A stretch of 62,928 nt of DNA, counting the filler, from Stramenopiles sp. TOSAG23-6 (taxonomy: Eukaryota), in NCBI GenBank assembly GCA_900128565.1. It is 44 parts of 44 records of this genome, joined end to end, with 100 filler letters (N's around TTAATTAATTAA, not from the genome) between each part and the next. Parts side by side here need not be neighbours in the genome. Positions count along the whole stretch, not along the records: positions 54,499 to 55,821 come from LT639243.1; positions 55,922 to 57,244 come from LT639244.1; positions 57,345 to 58,665 come from LT639245.1; positions 58,766 to 60,086 come from LT639246.1; positions 60,187 to 61,507 come from LT639247.1; positions 61,608 to 62,928 come from LT639248.1; 38 more parts are not named here. One strand, written 5' to 3'. Below are positions 55,402 to 62,928 of the stretch, piece by piece. The notes below the pieces were generated by a model. It was not told where the DNA came from and did not search any database. It saw nothing but the letters and a program-made list of their open reading frames with translations. The position numbers and the translations under genes were made by a program. Within the stretch, counting starts at the first letter, position 1. Every line of letters starts with the position of its first letter.

Positions 55402-55549
55402 ATTTTATAAAAAAAATATTTTTGTAGTAAATACAAAATTTTTTATAAAAAAAAAAATTAAAAAAAAATTCAAATGTTCAATTTTTTTTTTTTTTTTTTA
55501 TAAAAAATTATTGTTTTATTTTTCAATACTATTTTTTAAAATCTTGTTT

Positions 55550-55708
55550 TCAATAGTGTGTAACTGCATCAAAGGATTCACGAATTTTTTCATATGTAAC
55601 AAAGAACAAAACTGTCCAAAATACTTTGCGTTGGAATAGAGGGATAAATCCTTTATATAAAGCCATTGGCCCTTCACGTCTTGGTATGTTTATAGCAGCA
55701 TCAAGAAC
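55550..55708 (-). CDS. Mitochondrial carrier (SLC25), last exon
   Basis: REGPMALYKGFIP...FFVTYEKIR. Confidence 0.8.
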   Translation of the reverse strand, partial: VLDAAINIPRREGPMALYKGFIPLFQRKVFWTVLFFVTYEKIRESFDAVTHY

Positions 55709-56685
55709 ATATATTGTGAAAAAATATTTTTTTTTGTACAATTTCGTATTTGTTAGGTATCAAATTAAAAAAAAAAAATGTTGAAAAAAAAAATTTAAAA
55801 AAAAATTTTAATTTTTTTTTTNNNNNNNNNNNNNNNNNNNNNNNNNNNNNNNNNNNNNNNNNNNNTTAATTAATTAANNNNNNNNNNNNNNNNNNNNNNN
55901 NNNNNNNNNNNNNNNNNNNNNGGGGCGGGGAATGGGGTTACTTTTTCGAGCCGGTTTTTTTTTTTTCTTTTTGGAGAACCCCCCCGGGAATCCCCGGGAA
56001 TCCCGGGAATCCGGTAGTGATACAATTCGGCTAAATATAAAAAAGGGGTTCATGAAAGTGCCCGATCTTTTGAAATGACGCATGCACGAGCCTACCCTTT
56101 GCGGTAGTTGACTGCTCTGGGTTCATTTATCGNNNNNNNNNNNNNNNNNNNNNNNNNNNNNNNNNNNNNNNNNNNNNNNNNNNNNNNNNNNNNNNNNNNN
56201 NNNNNNNNNNNNNNNNNNNNNNNNNNNNNNNNNNNNNNNNNNNNNNNNNNNNNNNNNNNNNNNNNNNNNNGGGGCGGGGAATGGGGTTACTTTTTCGAGC
56301 CGGTTTTTTTTTTTTCTTTTTGGAGAACCCCCCCGGGAATCCCCGGGAATCCCGGGAATCCGGTAGTGATACAATTCGGCTAAATATAAAAAAGGGGTTC
56401 ATGAAAGTGCCCGATCTTTTGAAATGACGCATGCACGAGCCTACCCTTTGCGGTAGTTGACTGCTCTGGGTTCATTTATCGTGTTTCGTCTCAAACAGCG
56501 AAGCTGTGGCGAGCCATGGATGAGCGGATTGTTGTCGAAATGCAGTGTCTAGCTGCAAAACTCAAGGACCTTGGACAAATTGATTCTCGCGTCACAAATG
56601 TTGCGCAGGACCTAAAAACCCTGTCACGCTTGGTTTCAAGTGGTGGGCACGTAAGGCATCAATCAATTGAGCCTATCGCTTCCAA

Positions 56686-57244
56686 TCAGCAGACGAGTGC
56701 GCTGATGCAAGCCCCAACAAAGACAGCAAATATCCCAAAAATTACGCCCGCGAGAATCTCCATCGGGAGTGATGCTGCGGCAGGTGGTGGCACGGGCGTC
56801 GTGGGCGCGGACGTTGGCGAACCTGTCACAGGAGACGCAGTGGGACTGTCGGTCGTTGGGCTCAGCGTCGGAGACTGGGTGGGTGAGTATGTGGGAGAGA
56901 CTGTCGAGGGCGACAAGGTCGTCGGGCCCTGCGTCGAAGGTGACGCTGTCGGGGTCACAGTTGTGATATCTTCGATCCGGCGGATGGCCGGAATCGGCTT
57001 GACCTGCGTCACGTACAGCACTGGCGTAGGCGTCAAAGGGTCGTAGGTCATACTCTGGACATATTTAAAACTTGCGTTGAGTCCGATGCCGTCGCGAATA
57101 TTCTCCTGACCTTCGCGTACAATTGATGTGACCATCCCAGAATCAAAATCGACGGCCCTGACGCCCCGATTTGTGGCAACGTACGAAACATTACGCGACG
57201 GTATAGATATGATACCCTTCGGTAAGCCAAATAAGGCACTCGAA
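56686..57244 (-). CDS. Mucin-like PTxSP-repeat membrane protein, C-terminal part
   Basis: TASPSTQGPTTLSPSTVSPTYSPTQSPT followed by a TM helix; GC-richer contig. Confidence 0.6.
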
Positions 57245-57672
57245 NNNNNNNNNNNNNNNNNNNNNNNNNNNNNNNNNNNNNNNNNNNNTTAATTAATTAA
57301 NNNNNNNNNNNNNNNNNNNNNNNNNNNNNNNNNNNNNNNNNNNNATTTTTTTTAGATTTTTTTTTGAAATATTTTTTCACAATACTTGCTCTTTCAGGTA
57401 AGAAAAATCGTACGAAATGTCGTACACAAACAACTGACATGTTTGGTGGGCTCTTCATTCGGTAAAATGAAAAAATGAAAAGAAGAAAATATAGAATTTG
57501 TTGTACGATTTTTTATTGATATTTTCATACTTTGTATCCAGTGTAATGATACTATAATAACCAGCGAAAAGGTAAAAATAGTAATAAAAGTTTGCCTTGA
57601 TTATATAAATACCTTCTACCTTACAATGCGTTCATTTGGGTATTATATGAAAGGTACTGTTTTGTCTACTAC

Positions 57673-58666
57673 TTACGAAAGCATCCTCTTTATGTCCTCT
57701 GTGGAGTACCTAAGGTTGCTTGAGTGTATAGCCTCTGCAGTAAACGAATTATTAGATGCACGGAGATATTTGGTATGATTATTTTCACTTCTCCTTCCTG
57801 CGCATAATTCCATAGCTTCATCGTAATACATTTCTAATTCGCTCATAACATCAATCCAACTTGGGATTAATTTTGAATACTCAGAAGTGTCTTTTTTCAT
57901 TTTTTCTAATTCCTCCGGATGATCCCTGACATAGGCTACTTTTTTCTTGAATTCGTACGGCGTGGGTTCCACAAGATATCCGTCAAACTTATCCAATACG
58001 GTATCTACGATTCCTCCGGCATTAACAAGTATTGCTGGTAAACCAGCACTCATGGCTTCGCGTACGACGTTACCAGCCGTTTCTGCAGTACCTGGAAACA
58101 CAAATACATCTGCACTCGCATACACTTTACTCAACTCTTTTCCAATAACCATGTATTTTGGAAAAATATTTCAAAAAAAAAATAGTTAGCCTTAGGTATT
58201 CAAAAAAAATCTAAAAAAATATGTTTGGTATAAAATTTTTTACCGGAAAAAATAAATAAAACATACATTCCTAAAAATAAAGTTCCTGTGCCTTCAAATA
58301 GCTTCTCTAGAGCAGGCCTCTCGGGACCGTCACCAGCAACGACAAGCTGTACTCCATCCAATTTGGCAACATCAATCAAATATTCTATGTGCTTCTCAGG
58401 AGCAACGCGACCAACGTATAACGCAATAAGTGTATTTTCTGGGTCACTTCCGTTCAGCATCTTTGCGCGTTCATTCTTATCGAAATGTTTCGGATTAAAT
58501 TTGTCATGATCCACGCCTCTCACCCAAAGTCGTTGATCCTGAAAGCCATGACGTCGAAGCTTACGCATCATGAAGTGGCCAGGTGTCAGAGTGATCGTAG
58601 CCATTGAGTGCAGCGTGCGAAGATATCTCCAAAGAGTGCTAGTAATGAGAGCAAAATTATACTCAN
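57673..58666 (-). CDS. GT4 glycosyltransferase (SQD2/PimA-like), 3' part
   Basis: RGVD..F.P, LYVGRVAPEK, GDGPER..LE, FLGM|VIGKELSKVYASADVFVFP..ET.G.VV.EAMSAGLP; GT-AT intron 58151-58266. Confidence 0.9.
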
Positions 58667-58765
58667 NNNNNNNNNNNNNNNNNNNNNNNNNNNNNNNNNN
58701 NNNNNNNNNTTAATTAATTAANNNNNNNNNNNNNNNNNNNNNNNNNNNNNNNNNNNNNNNNNNNN

Positions 58766-60023
58766 AGGAAGAATCCGATTCGTCGATAGAAACAGAGCGG
58801 CGGTGACAGTTTCACGGGAGCAATGATACATCAGGGTGTGAAAGAAGTTTGTCAGTACATTTTTCTTCAAAGTGCGCTTTGTACTACCACTAATCAACTC
58901 AAAAGCTTCAGCCAAAAATAGATATGGACATTCAATTGATTTCCAACCACTACACCATGGTGCAAGATAAATATATTGGGGTTCAAATTTGAACGTATCC
59001 ATTGTAAGGCAATTACTAGTAAGGTAGGTGTTCGGTATTGTTGATGATGCACCAGATGCTCGTGTATTTTTTGTTATTGACGTCCTTACTCCATTTTGAC
59101 TATTTTGACTAGATGTCATATTATTAGTTATTGTTGACTTACTAGTTGCTTTAATTTTACTAGACGGTGTATTATTATTATTATTATTATTATTACTTGT
59201 TGATGTAGTAAATACTGATAAATTCATATCAGATAATGTACTATTTGTTTTTTTTCTAGTAGAAATAGATTCAGATTTCTTTTCACAGGACATCGTCTTT
59301 GCTTTACGCTCAGCTCCACAAATACGACATTTCCTAAGAGTGGCGATATTGAGTAAAGTGCACTTTTCACAAGCCCATTGCGGCTTAAAAAACGACAAGA
59401 TGCCGCCATTCACTTTAACTTTGGGTTTCAAGTTTGACTCCTTTAATGCTATTGTTTTTACTTTTTCTATTTCAGTTGATCGTTCTACTAATGGTGCTTT
59501 TATGTAATTTGATGTTTTTGTTTCTAAAACTTTCACCTTTTTTGTCTGTGGTTGTTGTGTGAACTGTGCAAAGAACTTCCGTTTTGAGGCAGTTCGATCG
59601 ATCAAATTCCTAAAACATTGCATAATTTTCTTTCGTTCAGCTTCATCAGAAAATACATGTGGGACAACTTCGTGTGGTTTAATAAATTTAACAAATTCGC
59701 ATAATTCTTCATTGTTGGAATGTTCAGAGTATGGAATTATTGTTACGGCATGTGTCTTTGATTTATTCTCAATGTGATTATTTGTTCGATTCCATTTAGA
59801 TGACGCAGCCCATCCCGTTGGAATGATTCCCTGTTTGCGAAAAAAATATGTGAAACAAAAATCTTGTTAGGTACGGGATTTCGAACAAAAAAAAAACTAC
59901 ATTTGAAATTCATCATGAAAACATTCCAGTACATTTCGATCTCGAAGATTATGCTTTTCAAGATATTTGTTCAATGTATAAAAATTTGCTTGAAAAAAGG
60001 GGTACATTTTACCACAAGTTCCC
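58766..60023 (-). CDS. SNM1-type beta-CASP/DRMBL domain, RanBP2 zinc finger and DNA ligase N-terminal domain (LIG6-like)
   Basis: GIIPTGW, IPYSEHS..EL.EFV..IKP..VVPT; W.C..CT..N......C..C; PYLFLAEAFELISGSTKR..K..LTNFF. Confidence 0.7.
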
Positions 60024-60186
60024 ATGTATGATGAAAAAATATTTCAAAAAAAAAACTAAAATTTGTTAGGTACAAAATTTCGTACGNNNNNNNNNNNNNN
60101 NNNNNNNNNNNNNNNNNNNNNNNNNNNNNNTTAATTAATTAANNNNNNNNNNNNNNNNNNNNNNNNNNNNNNNNNNNNNNNNNNNN

Positions 60187-61448
60187 GGGCTATAGGTGAA
60201 GTTGATCAAATCGAATTCAATCGTGTAGTCGATGTTGATAGAATCGATAATCATGCATTATCAACAAAAATCATTGATCAAGTGCAAGAGTATTTTACGG
60301 ATCTGCAACAAACAACAGAGTATTACCAAAAGTTACGTAATAGAGATTTCATATCGAAAACGGATATTGTTCTTTCTGGAGACGGAATCCGCGAACTTGC
60401 TCTTTTGTCAGGTCTTGTTCATGTAAAAGAAGTGTACGTTTTCGAATTTCAGTTATTGCGACTATTTTGAAAATGTTTTATATTTGATATTTCTCAATGA
60501 CTCAATATTTCAATGTTTTTATATCACTTCAAATATAGGTGGGTCGAAGAAAATCAAATTACAAGCCTTGTTGGATTACCAGCACTTCCTCAACTAAAAT
60601 TCTTGTACGCGATACTACTACCATTCGTCAATATAATCAACAATGTTTTATTGTTTTATATTCTATATTTTTCAATGACTCAATATTAGAATGTTTTTTA
60701 TATCACTACAAATATAGGTATCTCAGACATAATAAAATCAGAAGCATTCGCGGATTACCTGTACTTCCTCAACTGAAAGATTTGTACGTGATAATTGTAC
60801 CATTCTCTACTATAATCAACAATGTTTTATATTTAATATTTTTGAATGACTCAATATTATAATGTTTTTTATATCACTACAAATATAGGTGGCTAGATCA
60901 TAATCACATTACAAGCTTTCCTCAACTGACACAATTGTACGTGATAGTTGTACCATTCCTTAATATAATTAACAATGTTTTATATTCTATATTTTTCAAT
61001 GACTCAATATTATAATGTTTTTTATATCACTACAAATATAGGAGTCTCAGACATAATAAAATCAGAAGCATTCACGGATTACCAGTACTTCCTCAACTGA
61101 CAATATTGTACGTGATACTACTACCATTCTCTACTATAATTAACTATGTTTTATATTCTATATTTTCAATGACTCAATATTACAGTGTTATTTATATCAC
61201 TACAAATATAGGAGTCTCAGCAATAATCAAATTACAAGCTTTCACGGATTACCATTACTTCCTCAACTAGAATCGTTGTACGTGATACTACTACCATTCT
61301 CTACTATAATTAATTATGTTTTATATTCTATATTTTCTAATGACTCAATATTACAGTGTTATTTATATCACTTCAAATATAGGTTTCTCATGCATAATGA
61401 AATTACAAGCTTGGATGGCATACCAGTACTTCCTCAACTAAAATGGTT
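60187..61448 (+). CDS. Leucine-rich-repeat protein, one 22-aa LRR per exon (exons to 60433, 60539-60604, 60718-60783, 60889-60936, 61042-61107, 61212-61277, 61383-61448)
   Basis: Each phase-2 exon encodes LxLxxNxIxSxxGLPxLPQLxx; introns are GT-AG and near-identical. Confidence 0.85.
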
Positions 61449-61722
61449 GTACGTGATACTACTACCATTCTCTACTATAATTAACTATGTTTTATATTCT
61501 ATATTTTNNNNNNNNNNNNNNNNNNNNNNNNNNNNNNNNNNNNNNNNNNNNTTAATTAATTAANNNNNNNNNNNNNNNNNNNNNNNNNNNNNNNNNNNNN
61601 NNNNNNNAGGTCCATGAAATGTCAAAATATATTTCAAAATTTGAAATTTGTTAGGTACAAAACTATCTATGAAAACAAAATAGGTAAAAACTTCATAATG
61701 AATACAACGTACATGTTAGTGC

Positions 61723-62727
61723 AACCCCTACGAGTAAAACTATTTGATAGAAAGTATCCAAAAATGCAGTGATCAGCAAGGATTGCAAATGTTTTCCAAT
61801 AGGCATGTGAAACGTTTCAACACAAGTGTAATGAAAAAGTACAAGAAGAGGCCATAAAAAAAAAGTATTACAAATTCCCATCCAACCGACAAATATAAGA
61901 GTATCCAAAGTTATACTCATATAACATGATTTTTCCTTATTTTTATCTACATCAAACTCGGAATCTTCAATGAAATCAGTATCGTTGCAATGTGACCTAA
62001 CATTGGAAGACTCTGTTTGTAACAAAGACTCTGCACGGTCCCGACTTGCTTGATCATCGCATGACAGTTCAACATTTGCACTTGAAGTCCTCCCACTCCA
62101 CAATTTAAATATAATCTGATAAATTACGTACAACAATATCCCAAGAAACAACCACACATAGCCAATAAACTTGATTACATGGCCATGATTATCACCTGTT
62201 TTGTCAGACTTTCCACAATCCACACGTAAAATAGCACAACGATCAGAATTGGAAAGCTGCGTCCATAAAATGAATGAGACGCCCGTCATTACTAATAATA
62301 TAGCTATAGCTGAACTCTTCTCTATCTTTTTTGATAGAAAACAAATTTCTGCCAAGTAGACAAACACCGCACACGTCTGAAATAAAGCGTTATTCAGTGA
62401 CAGGAGGGTCATGTCAAGTGACAAATACCACAAAGCCATACCGAAAAGCTGAACGATTGAGACAATGAGACATACGTAAAACAATTGTTTTGTGTTAAAT
62501 GTGCTTGTGTGATTTCGTGCTATAGATGAATCTGGATAGCAGTATTTTACGAGGTAATAAAGTGGTATACAAAGTATGTAAAAAACGTGTACGACCCAAG
62601 AATTTAAAAATTGTCCGGAACTAAGTTTCCCCATGAGGACCCCCATTGCTTGCCACATTGTAACAAGTAGAAATACACATATTGTACCCCCAGCTAAACG
62701 TTTATTACATATTTGGGGTTGAATCAT
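61723..62727 (-). CDS. SLC35F/EamA drug-metabolite transporter family protein, first exon
   Basis: Multiple TM helices; LWYLSLDMT..NNALFQT..FVYL, NTFFLWP..LFHYT.VETF.MP. Confidence 0.75.
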
Positions 62728-62928
62728 GTAAAAGAAGAGGATTGGCAAAAGAGATTATGTTTTTCTCTTAACTAGTTTGTTTGTACTCGACATGGACGTA
62801 GTAGCACGCTGAACACCAAACTGAACTCCGAAACTGGCCCGAAACTGAAGTTAGCAGGTAAATTACCGGGTACCGACTAGCATCTGAGTGACACAAAAAA
62901 ATTCGAGAATGTATTGATAATGCAAAAA

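Noticed and set aside
56516-57046. Plus-strand VGxxVG-repeat ORF
   Set aside because: The repeat part is the antisense shadow of the PTxSP gene; only its first ~55 codons might be real
60434-61507. CRISPR-like repeat-spacer pattern
   Set aside because: Repeats are ~105-nt GT-AG introns and the spacers are homologous LRR exons; eukaryotic context and no cas genes

Overview
This window is not one locus. It is 44 short (~1.32-1.35 kb) contigs in order of decreasing length, joined by artificial N44-TTAATTAATTAA-N44 linkers. Several contigs are repeated near-identically (2-4 copies). The DNA is from an AT-rich eukaryote, probably a flagellated protist (CFAP45-like and DNAAF4-like genes; the taxon cannot be fixed from this window). 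It carries fragments of ordinary eukaryotic genes: PIGG, Sec14-GOLD, PPR, SNF2, WD40, IP3R, PI3K, AKTIP, Sec7, kinesin, Rieske, ERGIC, myotubularin, sorting nexin, GT4, a LIG6-like ligase and SLC35F. The main discovery is that most of these genes are interrupted by one family of sequence-similar ~70-210 nt introns with the consensus GTAYGTTTT..(T)nCGTACGAAATTTTGTACCTAAC..GAAATATTTTTCACAATACAT. Most of these introns end in AT, not AG. Conserved protein motifs are restored only by GT-AT excision, with candidate GC-AT, GT-AA and GA-AG cases, while some members of the same family are canonical GT-AG. This suggests an introner-like invasion plus a splicing system tolerant of non-AG acceptors. Other notable items are a tandem array of one-LRR-per-exon cassettes with homogenised introns, a plant-LIG6-like architecture, interstitial TTAGGG repeats and a recurrent TACCCGG upstream motif. 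All annotations are by eye; no searches were run.
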